From Myxococcota bacterium (lineage in GTDB: Bacteria; Myxococcota_A; UBA796; SXON01), in assembly GCA_040386535.1 (NCBI GenBank), contig JAZKFH010000025.1:128001-192000 (forward strand): 64,000 nucleotides of DNA, written 5' to 3'. The translations under genes and the position numbers were made by a program. Positions 31,180 to 41,099 of this stretch are shown here, one piece after another; position 1 is the first letter of the stretch; every line of letters begins with the position of its first letter. The notes beneath the pieces were generated by a model. That model was not told the origin of the DNA. It did not search any database and was given only the letters and a program-made list of their open reading frames with translations.

Positions 31180-32652
31180 ATGTACACCTTCGATCCCGAA
31201 CGCCTCGACAAGGTCCACGCGCTGGAAGCCGATGGCGTCCGCACGTACCCCTCCGCCTCGCCCGTCACCCACACATCCGAGGACGTGCGCACCGCCGCCG
31301 AGGGCCAGCCCGACGAGGCCCTGGAGGGCCTGGGCCTCTTCGTGCTCGCGGGGCGGCTCCTGTTCAAGAACGAGATGGGGAAGGCCGGCTTCGGCCGCCT
31401 GCTCGATCGGGACGGGCGCGTGCAGGTGTACGTGAAGAAGGACGAGGTGGGCGAGCCCGCCTTCGCGCTCTGGAAGAAGTTCGACCTCGGCGACATCGTG
31501 TACGTCGAGGGCACGCTGATGCGCACGCGCACGGGCGAGCTCACGGTCAAGGTCGCGACGATCCGCCTGCTGGCGAAGTGTACGGCGTCCCTGCCCGACA
31601 AGTTCCACGGCATCGCCGATCCGGAGCTCCGGCAGCGCCAGCGCTACCTCGACCTGTTCATGAACGACGAGACCCGGGAGACCTTCCGGCGCCGCTCGCA
31701 GATCGTTCGGTACATCCGGAACTTCTTCGAGGCGCGGGCGTACCTCGAGGTCGAGACCCCGATGATGCACCCCATCCCCGGGGGCGCCACCGCGCGGCCG
31801 TTCGTGACCCACCACAACGCGCTGGATACGGACCTTTTCCTCCGCATCGCGCCCGAGCTGTACCTCAAGCGGCTCGTGGTCGGCGGGTTCGAGCGGGTGT
31901 TCGAGATCAACCGGAACTTCCGCAACGAGGGCATCGACTCGACGCACAACCCCGAGTTCACGATGCTCGAGTGGTACCAGGCGCACGCCACCTGGCGGGA
32001 CCTCGTCGACATGACCGAGGAGATGCTCGCGGGGTGCGCCGAGGCGGTTTGTGGGACGACCGAGATCACCTACCAGGGGCAGGCGATCTCGATGGCGCGG
32101 CCCTTCCGGCGGGTCGGCTACGACGCGCTGGTGTCCGAGGCCACCGGGCTCTCCGCCGCGGAGATCCGCGACCCCGCGGCCCTGCGCGCGTGGTGGATCG
32201 AGCGCCACGGCGACGACGGCAAGGTACCGAAGACCATCGGGCGCCTGTGGGAGGCCGTGTTCGACGAGCACGTCGAGAAGGGGCTCGTCCAGCCCACGTT
32301 CGTGACCCGCTTCCCCATCGAGATCTCGCCGCTCGCGCGCCGTAACGACGACGAGCCGGACATCGCCGATCGGTTCGAGCTGTTCATCGCCGGGCGGGAG
32401 ATCTCCAACGGGTTCACCGAGCTGAACGACCCGGTCGACCAGGCCGGGCGCTTCGAGGCGCAGGTGAACAGCCGCACGGCGGGCGACCAGGAGGCGATGC
32501 ACTTCGACGAGGACTACGTCCGCGCCCTCACCTTCGGCCTCCCGCCGACCGCGGGGGAGGGGCTCGGGATCGACCGCCTCGTCATGTTGCTGACGGACTC
32601 GGCGAGCATTCGCGACGTCATCCTGTTCCCGACGCTCCGTCCGCGGGCGTAG
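31180..32652 (+). CDS. lysS: Lysyl-tRNA synthetase class II
   Basis: RQRYLDL, GGATARPF, FRNEG, HNPEFTMLE, GLGIDRL. Confidence 0.98.
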   Translation: MYTFDPERLDKVHALEADGVRTYPSASPVTHTSEDVRTAAEGQPDEALEGLGLFVLAGRLLFKNEMGKAGFGRLLDRDGRVQVYVKKDEVGEPAFALWKKFDLGDIVYVEGTLMRTRTGELTVKVATIRLLAKCTASLPDKFHGIADPELRQRQRYLDLFMNDETRETFRRRSQIVRYIRNFFEARAYLEVETPMMHPIPGGATARPFVTHHNALDTDLFLRIAPELYLKRLVVGGFERVFEINRNFRNEGIDSTHNPEFTMLEWYQAHATWRDLVDMTEEMLAGCAEAVCGTTEITYQGQAISMARPFRRVGYDALVSEATGLSAAEIRDPAALRAWWIERHGDDGKVPKTIGRLWEAVFDEHVEKGLVQPTFVTRFPIEISPLARRNDDEPDIADRFELFIAGREISNGFTELNDPVDQAGRFEAQVNSRTAGDQEAMHFDEDYVRALTFGLPPTAGEGLGIDRLVMLLTDSASIRDVILFPTLRPRA

Positions 32653-32772
32653 CCGACGGAGCTCGCCTCCGACTTCGGCTCCGTTGCTCGGAAGTCACGA
32701 ATTCCCTTCACTCCGCCCGGAGCGCGAGGGCGTCCCCCTCGGGGCCCCCGCACCGGTTAGGCCCCGCCTCGC

Positions 32773-34077
32773 ATGAACTTCCCGCTGCTCATCGCGTGGT
32801 CGCACCTCCGGTCCCGTCGTCAGGACGCTGGTGTGAGCATGATCGCCGTGCTCTCCGTCCTCGGCGTGACGCTCGGCGTGCAGATGCTGATCATCGTGCT
32901 CTCCGTCATGGCGGGCTTCGAGTTCGACCTGCGGGACAAGATCCTGGGCAGCAACGCCCACCTCGTCGTGCTCGAGTACGGCGGCCCCATCGACGATCCG
33001 GTCAACGTCGTGCAGAAGATCCAGGCGGTCGACGGCGTCGTCGCCGCCGCGCCGTTCGTCTACACGGAGGTGATGCTGCGTAGCGCCTACGCGACGTCGG
33101 GCGGCATCCTCAAGGGCATCGATCCGGTGCAGACGCCGCGGGTGACCGACGTTGCCAACGACATCAAGGTTGGCCCTTCCGGCGCGTTGGTTTCCCTCGA
33201 AGACAAGCAGGCCGTCCTGGCCGGGCTCGCCACGCCGGCCGTCGCGGTCGCGCAGGACGTGACCGACACCGAGGTGCTGCCGGGCATGCTCCTCGGCGAG
33301 GGGCTCGCGGATCAGCTGAAGGTCTACCCGGGGGACCGCGTCTGGGTCATCAACCCCATCGGCGGCGGGGCCGGCCCCTTCGGCGTCCCCATCCCCATCA
33401 CCAAGACCTTTCGGGTCGCCGGCATCTTCTACACCGGCATGTACGAGTACGACACGAAGTGGAGCTACGTGACCATCCCCGACGCCCAGGCCTTCCTGTC
33501 GCTCGACGGCGACGTCACCGGCGTGGAAGCGCGGGTCGAGATGGATCGCCTCTACGACGTGGGCATCATCAGCGCCGCGATCGAAGAGGCGCTGACCTAC
33601 CCCTACTTCACCAAGAACTGGCTCCAGATGAACGCCGCGCTCTTCTCCGCTCTGAAGCTGGAGAAGTACGTGATGGGCATCATCCTGGCGCAGATCATCA
33701 CGGTCGCGGCGGTCGGCATCGTCACGAACCTCATCGTCATGGTCATCACGCGCGCCCGGGAGATCTCCATCCTCAAGGCGATGGGCGCCAGCCGCTCCGC
33801 GATCCAGCTCATCTTCGTGCTGGAGGGGCTGATCGTGGGGGTCGTCGGGACATGCCTCGGGACGTTCCTTGGGTTAGCGGGGTGCGCCGCCCTCGATCGT
33901 TACCAGTTCCCTTTGGACACCAACGTGTACTACCTCGACTCGCTGCCCGTGGTGGTAGAGCCCGCCACCGTGGTGACCGTCGTGGTGGGGGCCCTCGTGA
34001 CGTGCTTCCTCGCGACGTTGTACCCGGCGTTCCGCGCCGCCTCGATCGATCCGGTCGAAGGGCTGCGGTACGAGTGA
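32773..34077 (+). CDS. lolE: Lipoprotein-releasing ABC transporter permease LolC/E
   Basis: IIVLSVMAGF, GMYEYD, ALKLEK, EISILKAMGA, IDPVEGLRYE. Confidence 0.93.
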   Translation: MNFPLLIAWSHLRSRRQDAGVSMIAVLSVLGVTLGVQMLIIVLSVMAGFEFDLRDKILGSNAHLVVLEYGGPIDDPVNVVQKIQAVDGVVAAAPFVYTEVMLRSAYATSGGILKGIDPVQTPRVTDVANDIKVGPSGALVSLEDKQAVLAGLATPAVAVAQDVTDTEVLPGMLLGEGLADQLKVYPGDRVWVINPIGGGAGPFGVPIPITKTFRVAGIFYTGMYEYDTKWSYVTIPDAQAFLSLDGDVTGVEARVEMDRLYDVGIISAAIEEALTYPYFTKNWLQMNAALFSALKLEKYVMGIILAQIITVAAVGIVTNLIVMVITRAREISILKAMGASRSAIQLIFVLEGLIVGVVGTCLGTFLGLAGCAALDRYQFPLDTNVYYLDSLPVVVEPATVVTVVVGALVTCFLATLYPAFRAASIDPVEGLRYE

Positions 34078-34757
34078 TGGGTGTCGCGCTCGAGGTTCGG
34101 GGGCTGAGCCGCCACTTCCAGAAGGGGGGGCAGCGGATCGACGTGCTTCGGGGGGCCGATCTCGACCTGGCGCCGGGGGACAGCGTCGCGCTCCTCGGGC
34201 AGTCCGGCTCCGGAAAGTCGACCTTCCTCCACATCCTGGGCGCGCTCGAGCCGCCCTCCGCGGGTGAGGTCAAGGTGGACGGTCGTGTGCTCCACACCCG
34301 CCCGCTCGCCGAGATCGACGCCTATCGCAACCGGCAGGTCGGCTTCGTGTTCCAGTTCCACCACCTCCTCCCCGATCACTCGGCCGTCGACAACGTCGCG
34401 ATGCCGGCGATCATCGGCGGGATGCCGACAGTGGACGCCCGTACGCGCGCCCGTACGCGCCTCGCGCAGGTGGGGCTCGGCCATCGGCTCACCCACAAGC
34501 CCGGGGAGCTCTCCGGTGGGGAGCAACAACGCGTCGCGCTCGCGCGGGCCATGCTCCTCGAGCCGGGGCTGCTGCTCGCGGACGAGCCGACCGGGAACCT
34601 CGACCCCTCGACGGCCTCCGAGATCCTCGACCTCTTGCTCGATCTGAACCGCGAACAGCGCGCCACCCTCGTGGTGGTGACCCACTCCGCCGAGCTGGCG
34701 TCCCGCTTTCCGCGTCGCCTGCGCCTCGTCGACGGGCGCTTCCAGGAGGCCGCGTGA
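34077..34757 (+). CDS. lolD: Lipoprotein-releasing ABC transporter ATPase
   Basis: GQSGSGKS, FQFHHLL, LSGGEQQR, DEPTGNLD. Confidence 0.94.
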   Translation: MGVALEVRGLSRHFQKGGQRIDVLRGADLDLAPGDSVALLGQSGSGKSTFLHILGALEPPSAGEVKVDGRVLHTRPLAEIDAYRNRQVGFVFQFHHLLPDHSAVDNVAMPAIIGGMPTVDARTRARTRLAQVGLGHRLTHKPGELSGGEQQRVALARAMLLEPGLLLADEPTGNLDPSTASEILDLLLDLNREQRATLVVVTHSAELASRFPRRLRLVDGRFQEAA

Positions 34758-37270
34758 GCTTCTCCCTGCTCGCGGCGCTGCTCGTGCCCGCCGTCTACGC
34801 CGAGGCCCCCGCGCCGGCCGTCGGCACCGTCGCCGAGGTCCGCGTGACCGGCCTGCGCCGCGTCGAAGAGGCCGCCCTGCTCGACGTGGTGCGCCTCCGC
34901 CCCGGCGAGCTGCTCGAGGAGTGGAAGGTCCAGCGCGACATCCGCTCGATCTGGAACACGGGTTTCGTGGACGACGTGGTCGTGCGCACGGTGCCCACCC
35001 CCGACGGCGCGGTCATCGTGCAGTTCGACGTGCACGAGAAGCCCGCCGTCCGCGAGGTCAAGATCGTCGGCGCCAAGAAGATCAAGGAGGACGACGTCAA
35101 GGAGGCGATCGACGTCGAGCCGTTCACCGTCCCGAGCGACGCCAAGATCGCCCAGAACGTCAAGGCGGTGAAGGACCTGTACCTCGAGAAGGGGTTCTTC
35201 CTCGCCGAAGTGGAGCCCGTGATCACCCCCGTCGGGGACGATCTCGTCGAGCTCACCTTCAAGATCACCGAGGGCCGCAAGGTCATCGTCCAGACGATCG
35301 ACATCACCGGGAACGACGCGGTCACCGACGCCAAGCTGAAGAAATTCATGCAGACCAAGGCGGGCGGGATCCTGCCGTGGCTCACGAGCTCGGGCACGTT
35401 CATCCAGGACGCGCTCGACAACGACGTGTTCATCCTCCGGTCGGTGTACCTCGAGGAGGGCTATGTCGACGCGCAGGTGGACTCACCGAAGGTCTTCCTC
35501 TCGCCCGACAAGCGCTACATCTACGTCACGATCCACGTCAACGAGGGCCCCCGCTACCGCCTCGGCAAGGTGACGGTCGAGGGCGACTTCGTCCCCGAAG
35601 AGGGCCTGACGGACGGCGCGGTCCGCGCCCTCATCGAGGGCAAGGATCTGAAGGACGTACAGGACGCGTACGAGCGCGACAAGGCCGCCGGCAAGACCAT
35701 CGGCCCCGACTGGACCCCCGACGTGAAGCGCCGGGCCCTCGACTTCCGCCCCGGCAACCAGCCTCTCGAGACCGGGGACTGGTTCAAGCTCACGACGCTC
35801 CAGAACACGATGGCCCGCATCACGGACCTCTACGGGGACCAGGGCTACGCCTTCGCCAACGCCACGCCGGTGCCCCAGCCGGACCCCGACGCGAAGGTGG
35901 TCGACGTCGTGATCGACGTGCAGCGCGGCGAGAAGATGAAGGTCGGCCGGATCAACATCACCGGGAACGACCCCACCTTCGACAAGGTCGTGCGCCGCGA
36001 GGTGCCGATCAACGAGGGCGAGATCTACCGCGGGAGCGCGGTGCGCGAGGCCCGCGAGCGGCTCGAACGCCTCGGCTTCTTCGAGACCGTCGAGATCTCG
36101 ACGCCCCGCGCCGAGGAGCCCGAGGCCCTCGATCTGAACATCAACGTGGCGGAGCGGCCCACGGGCAGCTTCTCCGTGGGCGCCGGGTACGGCAGCGCCG
36201 ACAGCTTCCTGCTCACCGCGAACATCCAGAAGTCGAACTTCCTCGGGCTCGGCTGGATCGTGAGCCTCGCGGGCAACATCTCGGCGCGGACGAAGCAAGG
36301 CAACATCAGCTTCTTCGACCCGCACTTCCTCGACTCCCAGTGGACCCTGCGGGTCGACGGCTTCTACAACCAGCGCGAGTACATCGAGGACGAGTACCAG
36401 CGCGGCGGCAGCGTGTCCGTGGGCCGCTACCTCGACGAACGCGACGACATCCGTGTCGCGTTGGACTACACGCTCGAAGACGTGGGGCTCCTGTCCCTCG
36501 ACGAGTACAAGGAGCGCCTGTTCGGCGGCCAGCTCTACCGGAACGGCATCACCAGCTCGCTCGGCATCTCGCTCGACATCGACAAGCGCAACAACCGCAT
36601 CAACGCGACGCGTGGCTTCAAGGCCTCGCTCTCGACCGAGCTCGCGGGCGGGTTCCGGCTGAACGACGACAAGGTGTTGTCCCTCTTCGGAGGCGACTTC
36701 AACTTCTGGGAGACCAAGGCCAACTTCCGCTTCTACCAGCCCGTCATCGCCAAGAACGACTGGCTCGTGTTCAAGTACAACGGGAGCTTCGGCCACATCG
36801 AGTCGACCGACGGCGCGATCATCCCGTACATCCACCGCTATCGCGCCGGCGGCATCCTCTCCGTCCGCGGCTACCAGCCCTACTCCCTCGGCCCCGCCAT
36901 CCGCGCGACGGGCTTCAAGGACTACGGCGTGCCGCAGGACACCGTGGACGGATCGGACGATCCCTCCGCGGCCGACGATCGCCTCGTGGTCGGCGGCGTC
37001 AACACCTGGATCAACAACTTCGAGCTCGAGTCGCCGATCATCAAGTCGGCGGGGATCTCGGTGGTGGCGTTCTTCGACGCCGGCAACACCTTCGGCGATC
37101 CCTGGGGCGAAGGCCCGGTGAGCCCGCTGGACCTGCGGTTCTCCTACGGGTTCGGCGTGCGTTGGTTCAGCCCGATCGGTCCGCTGCGCTTCGAGTACGG
37201 CTTCCCAATCAACCCGCGTCCCGACGAGCGCAAGGCCGTGTTCGACTTCACCATCGGCTCATCCTTCTAG
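34754..37270 (+). CDS. bamA: Outer membrane protein assembly factor BamA
   Basis: POTRA repeats, VRGY loop motif, RWFSPIGPLRF, C-terminal Phe. Confidence 0.96.
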   Translation: MSFSLLAALLVPAVYAEAPAPAVGTVAEVRVTGLRRVEEAALLDVVRLRPGELLEEWKVQRDIRSIWNTGFVDDVVVRTVPTPDGAVIVQFDVHEKPAVREVKIVGAKKIKEDDVKEAIDVEPFTVPSDAKIAQNVKAVKDLYLEKGFFLAEVEPVITPVGDDLVELTFKITEGRKVIVQTIDITGNDAVTDAKLKKFMQTKAGGILPWLTSSGTFIQDALDNDVFILRSVYLEEGYVDAQVDSPKVFLSPDKRYIYVTIHVNEGPRYRLGKVTVEGDFVPEEGLTDGAVRALIEGKDLKDVQDAYERDKAAGKTIGPDWTPDVKRRALDFRPGNQPLETGDWFKLTTLQNTMARITDLYGDQGYAFANATPVPQPDPDAKVVDVVIDVQRGEKMKVGRINITGNDPTFDKVVRREVPINEGEIYRGSAVREARERLERLGFFETVEISTPRAEEPEALDLNINVAERPTGSFSVGAGYGSADSFLLTANIQKSNFLGLGWIVSLAGNISARTKQGNISFFDPHFLDSQWTLRVDGFYNQREYIEDEYQRGGSVSVGRYLDERDDIRVALDYTLEDVGLLSLDEYKERLFGGQLYRNGITSSLGISLDIDKRNNRINATRGFKASLSTELAGGFRLNDDKVLSLFGGDFNFWETKANFRFYQPVIAKNDWLVFKYNGSFGHIESTDGAIIPYIHRYRAGGILSVRGYQPYSLGPAIRATGFKDYGVPQDTVDGSDDPSAADDRLVVGGVNTWINNFELESPIIKSAGISVVAFFDAGNTFGDPWGEGPVSPLDLRFSYGFGVRWFSPIGPLRFEYGFPINPRPDERKAVFDFTIGSSF

Positions 37271-37275
37271 TTCCT

Positions 37276-37305
37276 GTCAGAGTTCCGTCAGAGTCCCCGT
37301 CAGAG
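37276..37305 (+). repeat. Three GTCAGAG direct repeats before skp
   Basis: Copies at 37276, 37287 and 37299. Confidence 0.75.
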
Positions 37306-37314
37306 GAGGCGTAG

Positions 37315-37860
37315 ATGCTCGCTCGCGTATTGTCCATCTTCGTGCTCATGTTCGCGTTTGCCGCGCCGTCGTTCGCCCAGGCGAAGATCGCCACCGTCGA
37401 CTTCCAGAAGGCGCTCGACAACGTGGCGGAGGGCACCGCCGCCAAGACCCGTCTCGAGGGGATGTTCGCCGAGAAGAAGGTGGCGCTCGACAAGATGCGC
37501 AGCCAGCTCGAGGCGCAGCAGAAGGACCTCGAGAAGCAATCCGTGATCCTCTCCGACGCCGCGAAGAAGCAGAAGGAAGAGGAGTTCTACAACGCGCAGA
37601 TGCAGTTCCAACAGGCCTACCAGCGCTCCGAAGGGGAGATGCAACAGGCCTACATGGGCGCGATGGAGACCCTCATCGAGAAGATGAAGAAGCTCTCCCA
37701 GACCATCGCGACCGAGAAGGGCTACACGCTCGTCATCGAGGTCAACGAGGGCGGCGTCATCTACGCGTCCCCGACCATCGACATGACCGCTGACCTCATC
37801 ACGCGCTACAACGCGGCCAACCCGGGCTCCAAGGCCCCGTCCACGACGCCCAAGAAGTAG
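37315..37860 (+). CDS. skp: OmpH/Skp periplasmic chaperone
   Basis: Signal peptide, KIATVD, long coiled coil, IDMT; bamA-skp-lpxD order. Confidence 0.93.
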   Translation: MLARVLSIFVLMFAFAAPSFAQAKIATVDFQKALDNVAEGTAAKTRLEGMFAEKKVALDKMRSQLEAQQKDLEKQSVILSDAAKKQKEEEFYNAQMQFQQAYQRSEGEMQQAYMGAMETLIEKMKKLSQTIATEKGYTLVIEVNEGGVIYASPTIDMTADLITRYNAANPGSKAPSTTPKK

Positions 37861-37862
37861 GC

Positions 37863-38915
37863 GTGACGGCGCGCACCGTCGCGGAGCTCGCCGTCGCGGT
37901 CGGGGGCACGGTCGAGGGCGACGGTTCACGCCCGATCCGCGGCGTGCGCGGGCTCGAGGACGCCGGTCCCGACGACGTGAGCTTCCTCGCCAACCGTCGC
38001 TATGCGCGCCGGATGGCGGAGACTCGTGCTGGCTGTGTGCTCGTCGGGCCAAAAGACAAGGTGCACGAGCGCACCGTCATCCGTTGCGCCGACCCGTACC
38101 TCGCCTTCGCCCAGGTGCTGCGCGTGTTCGTGCCGGAGGCGCGCCCCGCCGCGGGCGTTCACCCCATGGCCGTCGTGGAGGGCGCCGCCGAGGGCGCTAC
38201 CGTCATGGCCTTCGCGTACGTGGGCCCCGGCGCCACGGTCGGGGAGGGGAGCGTGCTCTACCCAGGCGCCTACGTCGGCGCGGGCGCGTCGGTCGGGCGC
38301 GGCTGCACCCTGATGGCCGGGAGCGTCGTCGCGGACGGCTGCGTGCTCGGCGACCGCGTGTGGCTCAACCCCGGCGTGGTGGTCGGCGGCGAGGGCTTTG
38401 GCTTCGTCCCCACCGCCGCGGGCCACGTGAAGATCCCCCAGACCGGCCGCGCCGTCATCGGGGACGACGTGGAGATCGGCGCCAACTCCTGTGTCGATCG
38501 TGCCGCCATGGGCGAGACCGTGGTGCAGCGCGGCGCCAAGCTCGACAACCTCGTGCAGATCGGGCACGGCGCCACCGTGGGCCCCGACTGCCTCCTCGTC
38601 TCCTACGCGGGCGTGGCCGGCTCGACTCGGCTCGGTCGCGGCGTCGTGCTCGCCGCGCGCGCCGGCGTGCTCGGGCACCTCGACGTTGGGGACGGCGTAG
38701 TGCTCGGCGCAGATGCCCTCCTCACCGAGGACGCCGCCGCGGGCGAGCGCCGCTCGGGTGTCCCTGCCATCGATCACCGGCGCTGGCTCCGCGTCGCCGC
38801 CTCCCTGCCCGAGCTCCCCGAGCTCCTGGCCACCGTGCGCCGCCTCGAAGCCGAGGTCGCGCGGCTCAAGTCGGTCGCCGCGCCCCAGCTCGCCGCGCCA
38901 GAGGAAAACGAATGA
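37863..38915 (+). CDS. lpxD: UDP-3-O-acylglucosamine N-acyltransferase
   Basis: Hexapeptide repeats, GFGF, KIPQTG, KLDNLVQIGH. Confidence 0.96.
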   Translation: MTARTVAELAVAVGGTVEGDGSRPIRGVRGLEDAGPDDVSFLANRRYARRMAETRAGCVLVGPKDKVHERTVIRCADPYLAFAQVLRVFVPEARPAAGVHPMAVVEGAAEGATVMAFAYVGPGATVGEGSVLYPGAYVGAGASVGRGCTLMAGSVVADGCVLGDRVWLNPGVVVGGEGFGFVPTAAGHVKIPQTGRAVIGDDVEIGANSCVDRAAMGETVVQRGAKLDNLVQIGHGATVGPDCLLVSYAGVAGSTRLGRGVVLAARAGVLGHLDVGDGVVLGADALLTEDAAAGERRSGVPAIDHRRWLRVAASLPELPELLATVRRLEAEVARLKSVAAPQLAAPEENE

Positions 38916-39349
38916 ACATCCACGAGATCATGAAGGTGCTCCCGCACCGCTACCCCTTCCTGATGATCGACCGCGTGCTCGAGTGCGACCCCGGCGTGCG
39001 GGTGGTGGCGCTCAAGAACGTGACGATCAACGAGCCGTGTTTCATGGGGCACTTCCCCGGCACGCCGGTGTTCCCCGGGGTGCTCATCGTCGAGGCGATG
39101 GCCCAGGCGTGCGGCATCGTCGCGATGACGGCCCACCCCGAGATGGGCAACAAGGTGGTCTACCTCGCGGCGCTCGACGGGTTCCGCTTCCGCAAGCCCG
39201 TGATCCCCGGGGACTCGCTCCGCATCACGGTCGAGAAGCTCGCCGAGAAGCGGTCGATCTGGAAGTTCTCGGCGATCGTCGAGGTCGAGGGCAAGAAGGT
39301 GGCCGAGGGCGAGGTCATGGCGACGGTGGTGGATCCGCCGGGGGTGTAG
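38912..39349 (+). CDS. fabZ: 3-hydroxyacyl-ACP dehydratase
   Basis: [28 protein letters not shown]. Confidence 0.97.
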   Translation: MNIHEIMKVLPHRYPFLMIDRVLECDPGVRVVALKNVTINEPCFMGHFPGTPVFPGVLIVEAMAQACGIVAMTAHPEMGNKVVYLAALDGFRFRKPVIPGDSLRITVEKLAEKRSIWKFSAIVEVEGKKVAEGEVMATVVDPPGV

Positions 39350-40055
39350 CGCAGGCCGACGAGCGCACGTGGGCGATCCCGTCCTGTGCCCCGTCGCGAT
39401 CGAGCACCACCCACCCGCGCGAGCGGCCCGTCTCCGGGTCGTGCGGGAGCATCGCGGCGTGCAGCCGCGTCACGGGCACCCAGAACGGTGGGTACTTGAA
39501 GCGCGCCACGTCGAGCACGAGCGCGAGGTCCTTCTCGGGGTGCCACCCCCCGATGGGGGAGTAGTGGCCGTCTCCGGTCTGGCCGAGCGCCGAGCGGGCG
39601 AAGGCGACGATCAGCGAGGGACCGCCCGTGCCGGCGGCGCGGAGGTCCTCCCGCAGCGCGTCCACGCCGAGGTCGGAGGCGTAGCGCACCGCCGCGGTGG
39701 TGCCGTTGCACCGGGCGAGGCAGCCGAAGCGGGGGAGGGTCAGGCCGCGCGCCCGCACCACCTCCAACGGCTCGCAGCAGTCGAGCAGCTCCTCTGCGTA
39801 CCAGCGCCAGGCGCCCTTCCAGGGGCGCGCCGGATCGATGGACAAGGCGTTGAGCACCACCACGAGCGACCCGAGCGCGCAGAAGGCGGGCTCGGCCTGG
39901 GTGTGGAAGTGCTCCGCGAGCGGGAACCAGCCCTCCATGCCGCCCAGCGCCATGGCCTCACGAAACAGCGCCCGCCCTTCGGGGGAGGCGAAAGGGACGA
40001 GCCCGTCGGGGAGCGGCCGCCGGTAGAACGTCGGGAGCGGACCGCCGTCGGTCAC
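39315..40055 (-). CDS. Phytochelatin synthase (catalytic domain only)
   Basis: TQAEPAFC (Cys), GHYSPIGG (His), LDVARFKYPP (Asp); GTG start overlaps the upstream stop. Confidence 0.93.
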   Translation of the reverse strand: MTDGGPLPTFYRRPLPDGLVPFASPEGRALFREAMALGGMEGWFPLAEHFHTQAEPAFCALGSLVVVLNALSIDPARPWKGAWRWYAEELLDCCEPLEVVRARGLTLPRFGCLARCNGTTAAVRYASDLGVDALREDLRAAGTGGPSLIVAFARSALGQTGDGHYSPIGGWHPEKDLALVLDVARFKYPPFWVPVTRLHAAMLPHDPETGRSRGWVVLDRDGAQDGIAHVRSSACATPPADPPPSP

Positions 40056-40981
40056 CGGAGCTTGCCCTCGACGAACGGGACCTCGATCACCTTCTCGTGG
40101 TTGATCGGCCCGTGCCCGAAGTAGCCCTTCTCGCCGAAGAGCTCGCCGTGGTCGGCCGTGATGGTGATCCACGTGTTGTCGGGCACGATGTCGTAGAGCT
40201 CCTCGACGGCGCGGTCGACCCAGCTGACCGCGTCGACCTGGCGCTGATGGAGCTGCTTCATCTTCGCGTCGTCGAAGAACTTGGGGGCCTCTTCCTGACG
40301 AAGGAGGTTGCCGGCCAGCAGGTGATCGTCGAGGTGCTTGAACACACCGTTGACCCCGGAGATGCGCGGCCAATCGTTCTCGGGCTCGTCGGGGGTGGCG
40401 TAGGGGTAGTGGGTCTCGCCCGTGTTGAGCACGAAGAAGCTCGGGCGCTCCTCGTAGAACCGCATGCGGCGGAACATCTTCGTCACGTCGTTGTGGTGGT
40501 CCATCAACGCGAAGTCGTCGAAGCCGCGGTTGATCGGCGTGGCCGGGTTCAGCACGGGCATCGACACGTACATGTTCGTGCGGAAGCCGACGGACTGGAG
40601 GTAGGACGGCAGCCAGAGGTTCGGGACCATCTTCGCGAACGAGAGGTCGGGGAAGTTGAAGCGTTCCTTGAACCGGAGGAAGTCGTCCTTGTAATACTCG
40701 GAGGCGTACACGTTCGCCGGCGACACGTGAGGCAGCAACCCCATCAGGAGGTTGTAGTGGGACGGCGCGGTCCACGTGGCGTAGGTCCACCGCTTCTGGA
40801 TGGGGCCGAGCTTCGTCATCATCTTCGGCTTCGCGCGGACGAAGCTGTCGAATCGGCACGAGTCCAGGATCAGGATCACGTAGTTCGAGGCCCCGGGCGG
40901 CGGCTCGGGACGGAACGACGCCGAATCGGGGACCAGGATGGGGGAAGCGGGGGAGGAAGCGGCGGCGCCAGGATCGAGCAT
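40052..40981 (-). CDS. Sulfatase/alkaline phosphatase superfamily metalloenzyme (start uncertain)
   Basis: ILDSCRFD, TWTAPSH, ETHYPY, TADHGE, GHG. Confidence 0.8.
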   Translation of the reverse strand: MLDPGAAASSPASPILVPDSASFRPEPPPGASNYVILILDSCRFDSFVRAKPKMMTKLGPIQKRWTYATWTAPSHYNLLMGLLPHVSPANVYASEYYKDDFLRFKERFNFPDLSFAKMVPNLWLPSYLQSVGFRTNMYVSMPVLNPATPINRGFDDFALMDHHNDVTKMFRRMRFYEERPSFFVLNTGETHYPYATPDEPENDWPRISGVNGVFKHLDDHLLAGNLLRQEEAPKFFDDAKMKQLHQRQVDAVSWVDRAVEELYDIVPDNTWITITADHGELFGEKGYFGHGPINHEKVIEVPFVEGKLR

Positions 40982-41099
40982 CGGCGGGCGGCGCGCGGCG
41001 CTGCGGAGTCGGGAGAAGAGGGACACACCTGCGCATAACCGGGGGTCGAGCGGCAGGCGCGGCCGCCGCGGACGCGGTAAGGTGGCCGCCGGAGCGACC

